Assembly (NCBI GenBank): GCA_022779845.1
Contig: JALEXT010000022.1
Coordinates: 3,270 to 67,269, forward strand
Origin: Succinatimonas sp.
GTDB lineage: Bacteria > Pseudomonadota > Gammaproteobacteria > Enterobacterales > Succinivibrionaceae
Length of the DNA stretch: 64,000 bases
Direction: 5' to 3'
Position numbers and translations under genes: made by a program. The stretch's first letter is position 1. Every line of letters starts with the position of its first letter. The notes under the pieces were generated by a model. That model was not told where the DNA came from, did not search any database, and saw only the letters and a program-made list of their open reading frames with translations. This document shows positions 11,230-22,550 of the stretch, in pieces.

Positions 11230-12045
11230 TTAACGGTGATGAACAATGTACTTCTCAGTACGCTTGTTCTTGCGGGTCTTGTAGCCCTTGCAAGGAGTAC
11301 CCCACGGTGAACGCGGCTGAATACCCTTGTTACGGCCCTCGCCACCGCCATGCGGGTGGTCAATAGGGTTCATTGACATACCGCGAACAGTAGGACGGAT
11401 ACCGCGCCAACGCTTGGCACCGGCTTTACCCAACTGAGCGAGCATATGCTCACCGTTGCCGATTTCACCGATGGTTGCACGGCCTGCAGCCAAAACGCGA
11501 CGCATTTCGCCTGAGCGCATACGCAAAGTCACGTACTGACCTTCCTTGGCCAACAACTCACAGTAAGCACCAGCTGAACGGGCAAACTGAGCACCATTAC
11601 CTGGAACAAGTTCAACGGCATGGATAACAGTACCAAGAGGAATGTTTTCCATAGGGAGGGTATTACCGACTTCGATAGGAGCATTTGCACCAGAAATCAC
11701 GGTATCACCGGCTTTTAATCCCTTAGGAGCAAGGATATAAGAACGGACGCCGTCCTTATAAAGCACTAAAGCGATGTGAGCAGAACGGTTAGGATCGTAT
11801 TCAATACGCTCAACACGGGCTTCAATACCGTCCTTCTGGCGTTTGAAATCGATCAAACGATAGCGCTGCTTGTGACCGCCGCCGATATGACGGGTTGAAA
11901 TGTGACCGTAGTTGTCACGTCCGCCGGTCTTGCGCTTCTCAACCACGAGAGGAGTGTAAGGGCCGCCCTTCCAGAGGCCAGGGGTCTTGATCTGGACAAC
12001 GTGACGGCGAGCCGGGGAGGTAGGCTTTGCTTTGATGATAGCCAT
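11230..12045 (-). CDS. rplB: 50S ribosomal protein L2
   Basis: [34 protein letters not shown]. Confidence 0.98.
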   Translation of the reverse strand: MAIIKAKPTSPARRHVVQIKTPGLWKGGPYTPLVVEKRKTGGRDNYGHISTRHIGGGHKQRYRLIDFKRQKDGIEARVERIEYDPNRSAHIALVLYKDGVRSYILAPKGLKAGDTVISGANAPIEVGNTLPMENIPLGTVIHAVELVPGNGAQFARSAGAYCELLAKEGQYVTLRMRSGEMRRVLAAGRATIGEIGNGEHMLAQLGKAGAKRWRGIRPTVRGMSMNPIDHPHGGGEGRNKGIQPRSPWGTPCKGYKTRKNKRTEKYIVHHR

Positions 12046-12365
12046 TATTTGCTCTCCTTATCAGCCTGCTGTGCAGCAGTCGTGACGTCGATATTGGTTC
12101 CCTCAGGAAGAGTCACATAAGCTTTCTTCCAGTCAGAACGCTTGCCGATGCCGTGAACGGTGCGACGGGATTTACCCTGCACATTCAGAGTACGGACGTT
12201 GGAGACGGTAACGTTGAAGAGCTTTTCAACAGCTGCCTTGATCTCTTCTTTGGTAGCATCGCTTGCAACTTTGAACACATAAGTGCCCTTGGAAGAAACA
12301 GCAGTGCTCTTTTCGGTGACTACCGGAGCAACGATAATTTTAAGTAAACGTGCGTCAGAAATCAT
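12045..12365 (-). CDS. rplW: 50S ribosomal protein L23
   Basis: [31 protein letters not shown]. Confidence 0.97.
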   Translation of the reverse strand: MISDARLLKIIVAPVVTEKSTAVSSKGTYVFKVASDATKEEIKAAVEKLFNVTVSNVRTLNVQGKSRRTVHGIGKRSDWKKAYVTLPEGTNIDVTTAAQQADKESK

Positions 12366-12973
12366 TTCAGGATCTCCTCTACCTTCTTGACAGCGGCGGA
12401 AGTCATAACCACCTTGTCGTAATCAATCAGGTTGACGGGGTTGAACTCGGAAGTTCCCGGCTGGCAGACGTCTACCTTGTAAAGATTGCGGGACGCAAGA
12501 ACGAGATTCTCGTCAAAAGCGTCGGTAACAATCAGAGCCTGCTTAAGATCCATGCTCTTGAGCTTGGCAACCAGAGTTTTGGTCTTGCAATCTTCCACAG
12601 AGAAATTGTCTACGACAACCAAACGGTCCTGACGGACGAGCTCGGAAAGAATGCTGCGCATGGCAACACGATACATCTTGCGGTTGATCTTCTGGGTCCA
12701 GTCCTGAGGCTTGGCAGCAAAAATCTTGCCACCGGCTCTCCACAAAGGAGAACGGGATGAACCTGCACGGGCGCGACCGGTTCCCTTCTGACGGAACGGC
12801 TTCTTGCCGCCGCCGGAGACTTCGGAACGGGTCTTCTGAGCCTTGGTGCCGGCACGGGCAGTGCTCAGATAGGAAACTACTACCTGATGAACTAACGGCT
12901 CATTGAACTCACGACCGAAGGTGGTGTCTGACACTTCCAGCGGCTTGTCAGCGCCAATCATCTTTAATTCCAT
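12362..12973 (-). CDS. rplD: 50S ribosomal protein L4
   Basis: [24 protein letters not shown]. Confidence 0.98.
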   Translation of the reverse strand: MELKMIGADKPLEVSDTTFGREFNEPLVHQVVVSYLSTARAGTKAQKTRSEVSGGGKKPFRQKGTGRARAGSSRSPLWRAGGKIFAAKPQDWTQKINRKMYRVAMRSILSELVRQDRLVVVDNFSVEDCKTKTLVAKLKSMDLKQALIVTDAFDENLVLASRNLYKVDVCQPGTSEFNPVNLIDYDKVVMTSAAVKKVEEILK

Positions 12974-12991
12974 GATTTTCTATACCTCGGG

Positions 12992-13630
12992 TTAAGCTTT
13001 GACACTTGGCCTTACGATTACGTCGCCGTTATTGGCACCGGGTACAGCACCCTTAACGAGAAGTAAGTTGCGCTCGGAGTCAATACGAACCAGCTCAAGA
13101 TCCATAACGGTAACTCTTTCGCTGCCCATATGGCCTACCATCTTCTTACCCTTGAACACACGGCCGGGGGTCTGATTCTGACCGGTAGAGCCGGGAACAC
13201 GGTGCGAACGGGAATTACCGTGAGTGTAATCCTGATGCAGGAAGTGATAGCGTTTGATGGTACCAGCAGTGCCCTTACCTTTGGACTGGCCGGTAACGTC
13301 AACTTTCTTGACATCCTTGAAGGCGTCAACTTTGATTTCGGAACCTAACTGATAGGCTTCGAGCTCGGAAGGCTCAAGACGGAACTCCCACAAGCCTCTG
13401 CCGGCGGCAACGCCAGACTTGGCAAAATGGCCGATCTCAGCCTTGGTCATACGGCTGGCTTTACGCTCGCCGGTGGTTACCTGAATGGCGGTATAGCCAT
13501 CAGTTTCTGCGTTCTTTATCTGAGTAACGCGGTTTGCCTCAACCTGAATGACGGTCACCGGAACAGATTTGCCGTTCTCGTTGAACACACGGGTCATACC
13601 AAGTTTGCGGCCGATTAAACCGATTGACAT
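12992..13630 (-). CDS. rplC: 50S ribosomal protein L3
   Basis: [38 protein letters not shown]. Confidence 0.98.
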   Translation of the reverse strand: MSIGLIGRKLGMTRVFNENGKSVPVTVIQVEANRVTQIKNAETDGYTAIQVTTGERKASRMTKAEIGHFAKSGVAAGRGLWEFRLEPSELEAYQLGSEIKVDAFKDVKKVDVTGQSKGKGTAGTIKRYHFLHQDYTHGNSRSHRVPGSTGQNQTPGRVFKGKKMVGHMGSERVTVMDLELVRIDSERNLLLVKGAVPGANNGDVIVRPSVKA

Positions 13631-13649
13631 TGTATTATTCCCCTATCTG

Positions 13650-14134
<485 letters not shown>

Positions 14135-14140
14135 GCGTGT

Positions 14141-14168
14141 ATTTTACACTTTCTTGACTGACGATCAA
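14141..14168 (-). promoter_or_regulatory. sigma70 promoter of the S10 operon
   Basis: TTGATC-16 bp-TAAAAT followed by a GC-rich discriminator. Confidence 0.6.
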
Positions 14169-14209
14169 GCGAAAATCCGATTTTTTTGCTTTTTTCCAGC
14201 TACAGTTTC

Positions 14210-16033
14210 TCAACGGTCAAAATGAGGATCACTCATAACCTTTACTTTTCCGTGCATGGTCGTCCCCTGCTCTACGTTCAATCTGTACGAAGGAGAAGAA
14301 AGATCAAAAGCAGCACGGTACTGCGGCATACCTGCAAGTCCCATCATTCCGCACATAAGGTCAAAAAGCAGATCGTTTGTCCATAAACTTTTACGATGAA
14401 CCCGAAGAGACTGAGTAACATCCTTATTTACCCGTGCATATGCATCGGACACTTTGATCATCAACGGAATACGTACCATGGGGAAGGTAAACTGCGCTGG
14501 GTTGTGATCAAAAAGAGTATCCAGATCCTCGCCGTGATCGGAAAAATATACCATTGCCTGAAAACGGGGATGAGCGGAGATCTTCTGATAAAGCCTGCGC
14601 AGATTTTCATCAGTGTATAAAATGCTCGCATCATATTCGTCTGTACGAGGATCTTTTGCTCCTGAATAAACTTTGAACTTGTCAGGCGTACGTTCGGCGT
14701 AGCGCTCGTGACTGCCCATCAGATGCACAACTATCAAAGCATTGTCTTTATCTGCAAGATCCGGGAAGCGGTCAACCAACTCTCCGTCAAGGAAAAGACT
14801 GTACATCTTTGCAGTATTGTTTAACCAAATTTCATGATCCGCAGCAGAGGCAATTACCGAGATCGGAGTCTCGTAAACACCTATTTTGCGTTGATTCGAC
14901 AGCCAGTAGATCTCAAATCCGGCCTTCCTTGCAATCTCGATTAGGGAAAAAGAGTCTAAAAGATCGGCGCCGTTGTATTGGTTTTTACCTGTAAGAGCAT
15001 AAGTCAGCGCCGGAACGGTCTGAGGGAAGCTTGAGTAAGCCTTATCAAAGTAAAAAGTGTTTCCATCCCGTTTAAGCGAAGACATAAAAGGGGTATTTTC
15101 TCTTGCATAACCGTACAATTGCATATGATCACGATTTGCCGATTCACCGATCACCAAAAGATAAATTCCGGCATGACCTTTCTTACATGTAATACCGCCT
15201 ATTTTGGCAAGCCGTGCAGCCCGATCCCCGCTGCGCTTTGCATAATGCTCATATTGCTTAAGCTGAGTCCCCGTAACTTTTAAAACTGACGTTGCAAGAT
15301 AAGGCACAGCAGGCAAGACATTGAAAAGTTCATAAAGACTTAACACAAACAACATGATCCCGCATTCAAAGCGTCCTTTGAATCTTCGGCAAGATCCCAC
15401 TCCGCTTCTTTGCAGCAACCACACGAAAAACACTGCAAGCGCCACTGTAAACAGAGCTGCCAAAGCCCAGTTAAAATCGGCATGCGCCTGAAAATATTCC
15501 TTACTTTCATCGGAATTGGTCTGCGCCAAAGCCAGGATAATATCGGAAGTAAGCAATTGTTTCATGGCAATGAAGTATGCCCAAAGCGAACCGGGGAAAA
15601 ATACCAATGCCACCGTCAGCACATAAACAAAAGCGCAACTTAACTTTCTAATCCAACTCTTCTTGGTTTGTCCTGCAAGGAACCAAAAAAACATAATTGG
15701 TACGAATGCAGCCGCTGCAGATTCGAGGCTTACCAGAAATTCAACAGGCCTTAATGCAGAGCCGATACAGAGCCTGATTAAGGGCACTGACGAATACAAA
15801 ACAGCCAGTATCAGGAAAAATCTCAGCGTACGACGGTTTAGCTCAAAGAAGATCCATACCAGCAAAGCTCCCGAACAAGCCACTATACCTGCAAGCTGAG
15901 GCATGAGAACTCTGGGAGTTGAATCGCATACCGCCGCCCACACTGCGCAACTTAAAGCAGAAATTATTACTACCAGGGAAAACCACATGCGACTTACCGA
16001 TCTGCTTGCGTGCATGTTTTTCTTCATAACCAT
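14210..16033 (-). CDS. phosphoethanolamine transferase (EptC/CptA-like, alkaline phosphatase superfamily)
   Basis: N-terminal TM helices, LLVIGES, Thr nucleophile in FPQTVPAL, WLSNQ, HLMGSH, YDASILYTD, YFSDHGE; start may be 16027. Confidence 0.85.
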   Translation of the reverse strand: MVMKKNMHASRSVSRMWFSLVVIISALSCAVWAAVCDSTPRVLMPQLAGIVACSGALLVWIFFELNRRTLRFFLILAVLYSSVPLIRLCIGSALRPVEFLVSLESAAAAFVPIMFFWFLAGQTKKSWIRKLSCAFVYVLTVALVFFPGSLWAYFIAMKQLLTSDIILALAQTNSDESKEYFQAHADFNWALAALFTVALAVFFVWLLQRSGVGSCRRFKGRFECGIMLFVLSLYELFNVLPAVPYLATSVLKVTGTQLKQYEHYAKRSGDRAARLAKIGGITCKKGHAGIYLLVIGESANRDHMQLYGYARENTPFMSSLKRDGNTFYFDKAYSSFPQTVPALTYALTGKNQYNGADLLDSFSLIEIARKAGFEIYWLSNQRKIGVYETPISVIASAADHEIWLNNTAKMYSLFLDGELVDRFPDLADKDNALIVVHLMGSHERYAERTPDKFKVYSGAKDPRTDEYDASILYTDENLRRLYQKISAHPRFQAMVYFSDHGEDLDTLFDHNPAQFTFPMVRIPLMIKVSDAYARVNKDVTQSLRVHRKSLWTNDLLFDLMCGMMGLAGMPQYRAAFDLSSPSYRLNVEQGTTMHGKVKVMSDPHFDR

Positions 16034-16159
16034 CCTCTTGCTCGGGCATCAAATAACCGTATCTAAGAACAGACTGTTTGGCATTTTCAGAATTGCCAAA
16101 TAAAATACGCGGTATACTGCCGTTTCACTAAAAAGCTCAAAACAGCGCAGAATTATAGT

Positions 16160-16828
16160 ATGGATTTCACACTTCCCCAAAACTACGGTCTTTCCACTCC
16201 CAGAACCAATCTTGATGTTCCCTTGGGAGAAAAACACCCCGTATTGCATTGTTGTTGTGCTCCTTGCTCGACTGCCGTATTGGAATGCATGATTTATCAC
16301 GGACTAAAACCAGTACTGTTTTTCTTCAATCCCAACATTCATCCTTCAAAGGAATATGAAAAACGTCGTGATGAATGGTTGCATCTGGCAAAGCTTCTGA
16401 ATCTTGAAGCTGTTGTCGGCGATTACTGTGTTAAAGAATGGTTCTCATGCATAAAAGGATTTGAAGACAGTCCTGAACGCGGTGCACGCTGTGACGAATG
16501 CTTTTTTATGAGACTCAAAGTTACGGCAGAATTTGCCTTATCGCGCGGGATCAAAGTTTTTACCACCACACTTGCAACCTCAAGATGGAAAAGCAAAGCC
16601 CAGGTTGACAAAGCAGGATACCGAGCCGAGCAATGTGTACCGGGTTCTGTTTATTGGGATACCGACTGGAGAAAGCAAGGACTGGTGGGAAGACGCTATG
16701 AATTGGTAAAAGAAATAGGCTTCTACAATCAACGCTACTGCGGATGTACTTTTAGCATGCGTTCTGCATTGGAACAGCACAAGGCTAAAAATGAGGAGGA
16801 ACTTTTGCGTTCCTCCTTAGAAAAATAA
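16160..16828 (+). CDS. queH: epoxyqueuosine reductase QueH (DUF208)
   Basis: LHCCCAPCS, FNPNIHPSKEY, ERGARCDECF, YNQRYCGC. Confidence 0.93.
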   Translation: MDFTLPQNYGLSTPRTNLDVPLGEKHPVLHCCCAPCSTAVLECMIYHGLKPVLFFFNPNIHPSKEYEKRRDEWLHLAKLLNLEAVVGDYCVKEWFSCIKGFEDSPERGARCDECFFMRLKVTAEFALSRGIKVFTTTLATSRWKSKAQVDKAGYRAEQCVPGSVYWDTDWRKQGLVGRRYELVKEIGFYNQRYCGCTFSMRSALEQHKAKNEEELLRSSLEK

Positions 16829-16835
16829 AAAACGA

Positions 16836-17477
16836 TCAAACTCCGTATTGTTCGCGATACTGTTGCATCGCTTCTATATGCTCAGAAAGCTTGGGATCTT
16901 TCTTCACATATTCTAAAAGATCGTCAAAGGACACAATAGAGATCACCTTGATCCCGAGCTCCTCTTCAGCCTCGGCAATGGCACTTTTCTCTCCGCGTCC
17001 TTTTTCCTTACGGTTTAAAGCAATAAGTGCCGCAGTAAACTCTGCCCCGTTTGCTCTGATGATCTCGGCAGATTCACGTATGGCAGTACCTGCGGTGATC
17101 ACATCGTCTATCAAAAGCACTCTGCCCTTAAGATCCGATCCGACTAAATTTCCGCCTTCGCCGTGATCTTTTTTCTCTTTACGGTTAAAGCACCAGGGAA
17201 CATTGCGATTATGTTCAAGGCTCAATGCCATAGCCGTAGCACAGGCTAAAGGAATACCTTTGTAAGCCGGCCCGAAAAGAACGTCAAAATCAATTCCGGC
17301 ATCGATCAAAGCATGCGCATAACAGGCGCCGAGTTTTGCCAGATCTTCTCCGGTAGAAAATCCGCCTGCATTAAAAAAATACGGGCTGACTCTGCCTGAC
17401 TTGAGAATGAAACTGCCGAATTTGAGCACTCCGCGCTCAAGTGCCAATTCGATGAATTTGCGCTGATATTCCTGCAT
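16836..17477 (-). CDS. pyrE: orotate phosphoribosyltransferase
   Basis: [44 protein letters not shown]. Confidence 0.97.
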   Translation of the reverse strand: MQEYQRKFIELALERGVLKFGSFILKSGRVSPYFFNAGGFSTGEDLAKLGACYAHALIDAGIDFDVLFGPAYKGIPLACATAMALSLEHNRNVPWCFNRKEKKDHGEGGNLVGSDLKGRVLLIDDVITAGTAIRESAEIIRANGAEFTAALIALNRKEKGRGEKSAIAEAEEELGIKVISIVSFDDLLEYVKKDPKLSEHIEAMQQYREQYGV

Positions 17478-17593
17478 AACAAATCTCTCAAAAAAAATTT
17501 TTCATATCATACAGCATTTTTTTAATATATTTGTCCCTGATACCGTACGGAAAGTTTGAATTAAACGGCATTCTGACAACAAAGGATCGGACC

Positions 17594-18475
17594 ATGAATC
17601 AAATCAGCAGCATGACAGGCTCAGGACACGCACAGCTTACTTTTGATGATCTTGAAATTTGCGTTGACCTGCGCAGCGTTAACAACCGTTTTTTTGAATT
17701 TTACTTAAGAACAGATGATCCGAACCTTCAGTCATTGACTTCGTCATTACGGGAAATGGCTAATAAAGAGTTGTTTCGCGGTAAAACAGAATGCAACATC
17801 TGCATAACCTGCAATGGTAATAACAACTTTAACGTAGATCAAAATTTGCTTTGCACGCTTAAAAATACTCTGACAAAAATCGATGATTTTTTTGGAAAAG
17901 ATCTACTCAGAAAGCCGACCGGCCTTGATGTTTTGAACTTCCCCGGCATCTTAAAGTCGGAACAAACTGCAAATATCGATGTCGATGCCTGTATCAAAAA
18001 AACCTTTGCCGAAGCTTTGAAACTCTTGAAACAGGCGAGGATCCATGAAGGAGAAAAACTGAAAAAAGTTCTTGAAGAAAGACTTGTGCAACTTGAAAAA
18101 GGTCTGAACAGCATCGAAAGAATGCTGCCGAAATTAACCGAGCTTGAAATGGAAAGGCTCAGAAAACATTTGCAAAGTTTCAAATCTGACGAGCATTTTG
18201 ATGAGCAAAGACTGGAACAGGAAGTGGTACTCATGGCCGAGCGTGACGACATTCAGGAAGAATACGACAGGTTACGTGCCCATATTGCCCAAACGCGTTC
18301 CATTTTGGCAAAAGGCGGATTATGCGGAAAACGCCTCGATTTCATGATGCAGGAATTCAACCGAGAAGCTAATACCATGGCTTCCAAAACCTCATCTCTT
18401 GAGCTTACGCATTTGGCAGTAGATTTCAAAGTACTCATCGAGCAAATGCGCGAGCAAGTTCAAAATATTGAATAA
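17594..18475 (+). CDS. yicC: YicC/YloC family endoribonuclease
   Basis: SMTG, RSVNNRF, DIQEEYDRL, GKRLDFMMQEFNREANT, EQMREQVQNIE; ATG at 17594 after AAGGA. Confidence 0.93.
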   Translation: MNQISSMTGSGHAQLTFDDLEICVDLRSVNNRFFEFYLRTDDPNLQSLTSSLREMANKELFRGKTECNICITCNGNNNFNVDQNLLCTLKNTLTKIDDFFGKDLLRKPTGLDVLNFPGILKSEQTANIDVDACIKKTFAEALKLLKQARIHEGEKLKKVLEERLVQLEKGLNSIERMLPKLTELEMERLRKHLQSFKSDEHFDEQRLEQEVVLMAERDDIQEEYDRLRAHIAQTRSILAKGGLCGKRLDFMMQEFNREANTMASKTSSLELTHLAVDFKVLIEQMREQVQNIE

Positions 18476-18476
18476 T

Positions 18477-20315
18477 TCAAAGAAAATCTCCGCGACAAAG
18501 TGCTCTTAATTTGTAAATCATATCCACTATCACCGGAGGGACTCCTTTTGCGCCGCGGCGGCGCATTTCTTCTATAACCTCGATTGCCAGTCCCGGCTTG
18601 GTTTTTTTTCTTATTGCAAGTTCTATAACCCGATCAGATGTAGTTCCCTTGCGCAAAGGTCCGCGTATACCGGCACATCTTAAAAAAACCGATTCAAAAC
18701 CAGAACAATAAAGATAATGCTCTATATCCACAGAAGGCAATCTGGTTAAATGAGCATCCAGTTGCCTTTCGGGAACAAATTTTTTTACGATTTCACAATA
18801 CGAACGTCCGGCTTCATCTCCGTCGGTCATGACAAAAAAAGCAATTCCCAATTGTCTTGCCAATTTCATGATCGGATTTAAACCGCACTGTGCAAACTCC
18901 ACGGTACGGATCCCGTCACATTGCAGACTGATCCCCAAAATAGCCGCGGCCTGTGAAATAACCCAAATCTCAGTTTCACCCTCAACCAAAAGCCACGTAC
19001 GAGCAAAAAAAGTCATGGGACGGTTGATACGCAAATGAAATGCGATGCGTCTTTGATCATCAAGAGATAACGATTTTACGTCCGCCTTGTAGCTTCTGGT
19101 GTCGTAATACGGTCTGTAAAGTCTGCGCAAAGCCTGCAGAGGAATGGCCGAAAGCAAATCGCCTGAATTAGTAGTGACGATTTTCTGCACTCTAACCGCA
19201 CTTACTATCGACCAGAATGAAAGCAATAAAGACGGATGAAATCTTGCCTCTATATCTTCAAAAATAATGATTGGCGAAGCCTGTACGCTAAACTTTCTAT
19301 CTCCTTGAGATGAAAGCACAACTCCTGCTAAAAGAGTTGTCAGGATCTTTACTTTGTTGATACCGGGTTTTTCCATGGTCTCACGCAAAGACGACAGAGT
19401 TTCGATTGAAACGGTGCGCCCTAAAATATCATTGTTGCGCGTTTGACGAGACCTATCCTTTAAAATAGCTGGACCTGAATAATTGGTTAAATATCTTTGC
19501 GAAAGATCATTAAGACAATCCAATCTGCGTTTCATTTCAGGCGCAGAGATTGCCATATCGTTTTTAAATGATTCTGCAAAATTTTCAAACACGTAAGAAC
19601 CGTCACCCCTGAGTCTGTCCTCATCATCGGGGGCACTCCTGTTCATACGCTGATCTCGTATACGCAAGACTGGGTTAAGTCTTATGAGAGCAAGGATCCC
19701 TTTTCTAACTTCTTTTTGATCTGCTTGTGTCTTACAAATTAACAAGTGTTCCGTCTTGAAAATATCCTTGTCACGTCTTCCGACTATTCTCCAGTGAATA
19801 CGGTAAATTCCGTCATCGCCGTAAGACCAAAATTTTTTTAACTGAGGCAGAGTCAGAAGTTCCGATCCGAAAGCACTTTCGGCAAAAATAAAATCAAACT
19901 GAACTTTATCTGCCTTGTCACGATAACAATCCTGACTTGAAAACTCATATTCTTTGCGAAAATAAGCACCGCGGGCATCTTCTTTTTGAGCTTCCTGATG
20001 CATCTGCTCGATTATGCTGTCGCGACGTCTTTTTTTTGAAGAAAAATGCAAAGCAGGGCGCAGTGAAAATTGCTCATCGGAACTTTGCTCCGGATTTTCT
20101 TCACTGTCCTCTAAAAGTGGGATCGGAACATAAAGATCTTCAGGGGCAAAACGGCAAAGTTTCTCTCCGCATCCCATTGCCATCCATAAGGCTCGCAATA
20201 AAGACGATTTACCCCATGAGTTCTCACCGATAAGCACCGTGCAGTCACTTTCGAAATCCACTTTCAGCTGTCGTATTCCCCTGAAATTACGGATTTCGGC
20301 TTGTTGCAGATACAT
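18477..20315 (-). CDS. ybjD: OLD-family ATP-dependent endonuclease (YbjD/DUF2813-like)
   Basis: IRNFRGI, Walker A GENSWGKSS, EDIEARFHP, TTNSGDLLS, TOPRIM WLLVEGETE and DGD. Confidence 0.85.
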   Translation of the reverse strand: MYLQQAEIRNFRGIRQLKVDFESDCTVLIGENSWGKSSLLRALWMAMGCGEKLCRFAPEDLYVPIPLLEDSEENPEQSSDEQFSLRPALHFSSKKRRRDSIIEQMHQEAQKEDARGAYFRKEYEFSSQDCYRDKADKVQFDFIFAESAFGSELLTLPQLKKFWSYGDDGIYRIHWRIVGRRDKDIFKTEHLLICKTQADQKEVRKGILALIRLNPVLRIRDQRMNRSAPDDEDRLRGDGSYVFENFAESFKNDMAISAPEMKRRLDCLNDLSQRYLTNYSGPAILKDRSRQTRNNDILGRTVSIETLSSLRETMEKPGINKVKILTTLLAGVVLSSQGDRKFSVQASPIIIFEDIEARFHPSLLLSFWSIVSAVRVQKIVTTNSGDLLSAIPLQALRRLYRPYYDTRSYKADVKSLSLDDQRRIAFHLRINRPMTFFARTWLLVEGETEIWVISQAAAILGISLQCDGIRTVEFAQCGLNPIMKLARQLGIAFFVMTDGDEAGRSYCEIVKKFVPERQLDAHLTRLPSVDIEHYLYCSGFESVFLRCAGIRGPLRKGTTSDRVIELAIRKKTKPGLAIEVIEEMRRRGAKGVPPVIVDMIYKLRALCRGDFL

Positions 20316-20344
20316 ATCCGCTCCTTATATTTCGTCTCTATAAT

Positions 20345-20371
20345 AAACAAAAGGCCGTAAAAAACGGCCCT
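20345..20371 (-). terminator. probable intrinsic terminator after cysS
   Basis: GGCCGT/ACGGCC stem followed by TTTTGTTT on the minus strand. Confidence 0.55.
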
Positions 20372-20376
20372 GTAAA

Positions 20377-21762
20377 TCAAACGCGACGCCAAGTGGTACC
20401 AGAAGGACCGTCGGCAAGTTCTATTCTCATGGATTTCAGTTTGTCACGAGCAGCATCCGCTCTGCTCCAATTTTTTGCTTTGCGGGCATCATTGCGCTCT
20501 TTAATAAGAGCCTCTATCACCGGAATATCATCGTTACCGTTTTCCTTGACAGCTGCACCGCTTTTTAAGAAAGCCTCCGGATCCTGCTGCAAAATTCCCA
20601 GCACGCCTCCCAATTCAATGAGTCTTCCTGCAAGCATCGCCGCCTTGTCACCGCTTTCCTTGTTGATTTGTTTGGCTAAATCAAAAAGCACCGCAATAGC
20701 ACCCGGGGTATTGAAGTCGTCATCCATGTACTCACAGAACTGTTTCGTATACTCATCATCCGGTTTTTCAGGTTTTACAGCTTCAATTCCGTGTAATGTA
20801 GTATAAAGTCTTGTAAGTCCTGCCCTTGCCTTATCAAGATTTTCCTGTGAATAATTAAGAGCACTGCGATACTGCCCCGACATCAGGAAGAAACGAACAG
20901 TCTCTGCGTCATACTCCTTCAGTACATCACGGATAGTAAAGAAATTATGCAATGATTTGGACATTTTCTGTTCATTGATCATCACCATTCCCGAATGCAT
21001 CCAATAATTTACGTATTTGGTGTGAAACGCGCAGCAACTTTGTGCAATTTCATTCTCATGATGAGGGAACAGAAGATCTGATCCGCCGCCGTGAATGTCA
21101 AATTCGGTTCCAAGCAAACGGCTGTTCATAGCAGAGCATTCTATATGCCATCCTGGTCTGCCCTTGCCCCAGGGAGAATCCCAAGCAGGCTCACCGGGCT
21201 TGCTCATTTTCCACAGCACAAAATCCAGAGGATTATGTTTGCTTTGTGCAATTTCCACGCGCGCGCCTGCCTGCAACTCTTCAAGTTTTTGCCCAGAAAG
21301 TCTGCCGTACTGAGGGAAGGTATCAATTTTGAAGCAAACATCACCGTTTTCAGCCACATAAGCATGACCGCCGGCTATCAGTTTTTCCACGATAGAAATA
21401 ATGGCATCGATATTTTCCGTAGCTTTTGGTTCAATATCCGGACGCTTGATCCCCAAAGCATCGAAATCCTTATGCATTTCCTCGATAAAATGATCGGTAA
21501 GTTCTTTGGTACTGATCCCCTGTTCAGCGGCACGCTTGATAATTTTGTCGTCGATATCGGTAATATTGCGTACATACTTGACATCGTATCCGCGATAACG
21601 CAAATATCTCACGATCACGTCAAAGTTCACAAAAGTGCGGGCATGTCCGATGTGACAAAAATCATAAACCGTCACTCCGCACACATACATTCCTATCTTG
21701 CCCTCCGTGATCGGAGTGAAAGTTTCTTTGGTCTTCGTAAGCGAATTGTGGATCCTGAGCAT
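20377..21762 (-). CDS. cysS: cysteine--tRNA ligase
   Basis: [17 protein letters not shown] (HIGH), [23 protein letters not shown]. Confidence 0.98.
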   Translation of the reverse strand: MLRIHNSLTKTKETFTPITEGKIGMYVCGVTVYDFCHIGHARTFVNFDVIVRYLRYRGYDVKYVRNITDIDDKIIKRAAEQGISTKELTDHFIEEMHKDFDALGIKRPDIEPKATENIDAIISIVEKLIAGGHAYVAENGDVCFKIDTFPQYGRLSGQKLEELQAGARVEIAQSKHNPLDFVLWKMSKPGEPAWDSPWGKGRPGWHIECSAMNSRLLGTEFDIHGGGSDLLFPHHENEIAQSCCAFHTKYVNYWMHSGMVMINEQKMSKSLHNFFTIRDVLKEYDAETVRFFLMSGQYRSALNYSQENLDKARAGLTRLYTTLHGIEAVKPEKPDDEYTKQFCEYMDDDFNTPGAIAVLFDLAKQINKESGDKAAMLAGRLIELGGVLGILQQDPEAFLKSGAAVKENGNDDIPVIEALIKERNDARKAKNWSRADAARDKLKSMRIELADGPSGTTWRRV

Positions 21763-21811
21763 CTTCTTGCCCTACCTGATAAAATTTGAACATCTAATTT
21801 AAATGCCAAGT

Positions 21812-21845
21812 TTGACATCCTCCCCTTGCTAAAGCAAGGAGATCA
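21812..21845 (-). mobile_element. solo IS200/IS605-family right-end hairpin (non-autonomous remnant)
   Basis: Minus strand TGATCTCCTTGCTTTAGCAAGGGGAGGATGTCAA resembles IS608-type right ends (recalled as GAATCCCCTAGCTTTAGCTATGGGGAGTATGTCAA), ending in the TCAA cleavage motif; no tnpA/tnpB adjacent. Confidence 0.65.
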
Positions 21846-22055
21846 CAATCAATCTCCTGTCATCTTAAGCAGTTTTCCCGATGATTCACTCTCAAAAGAA
21901 GGTAAGCTGACATATTCTCATATATATATGTTTGCACGCCCCTTAATCTGCCTTATAAGTAACGTCGTGCCATTAGATCCAGGATCCTGGGGCAAAAGTT
22001 CTCGATCTGTTAAAATGAAGGAAACCGCATCACGGTTCATATATACGAGGGAAAA

Positions 22056-22550
22056 ATGATTATTTTAAAAACCACTTTGGGTGATATTACCATCGAACTT
22101 GACCACGAGCATGCTCCCGCCACCGCCGCTAATTTTGAAAGATATGTAAAAGAAGGCTTTTACAACGGCACGATTTTCCATCGCGTGATCAAAGGATTCA
22201 TGATCCAGGGCGGCGGTTTTACCTCCGACATGTCTCAAAAAGACACTCATGAGCCTATCGTCAACGAAGCTGATAACGGCTTAAAAAACGATACCGGTAC
22301 CATTGCCATGGCCCGTACACCTGATCCTCATTCGGCAACGGCCCAGTTTTTTATCAACACCGTTGACAATGATTTCCTGAATTTCCGCTCAAAAGATCGC
22401 GACGGCTGGGGATATGCCGTATTCGGCAAGGTTACCGACGGAATGGATGTAGTACGCAAAATCGAAGCCCTTCCCACAGAAACTCGTTTTCCCCACGGTG
22501 ACGTTCCCCGCGAAACCGTAGAAATTACCGAAGCCGTCATTCAAGACTGA
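22056..22550 (+). CDS. ppiB: peptidyl-prolyl cis-trans isomerase B (cyclophilin)
   Basis: [39 protein letters not shown]; divergent from cysS as in E. coli. Confidence 0.96.
   Translation: MIILKTTLGDITIELDHEHAPATAANFERYVKEGFYNGTIFHRVIKGFMIQGGGFTSDMSQKDTHEPIVNEADNGLKNDTGTIAMARTPDPHSATAQFFINTVDNDFLNFRSKDRDGWGYAVFGKVTDGMDVVRKIEALPTETRFPHGDVPRETVEITEAVIQD

Noticed and set aside
21091-21789. 232-aa plus-strand ORF
   Set aside because: Antisense shadow of cysS with no recognisable motifs.
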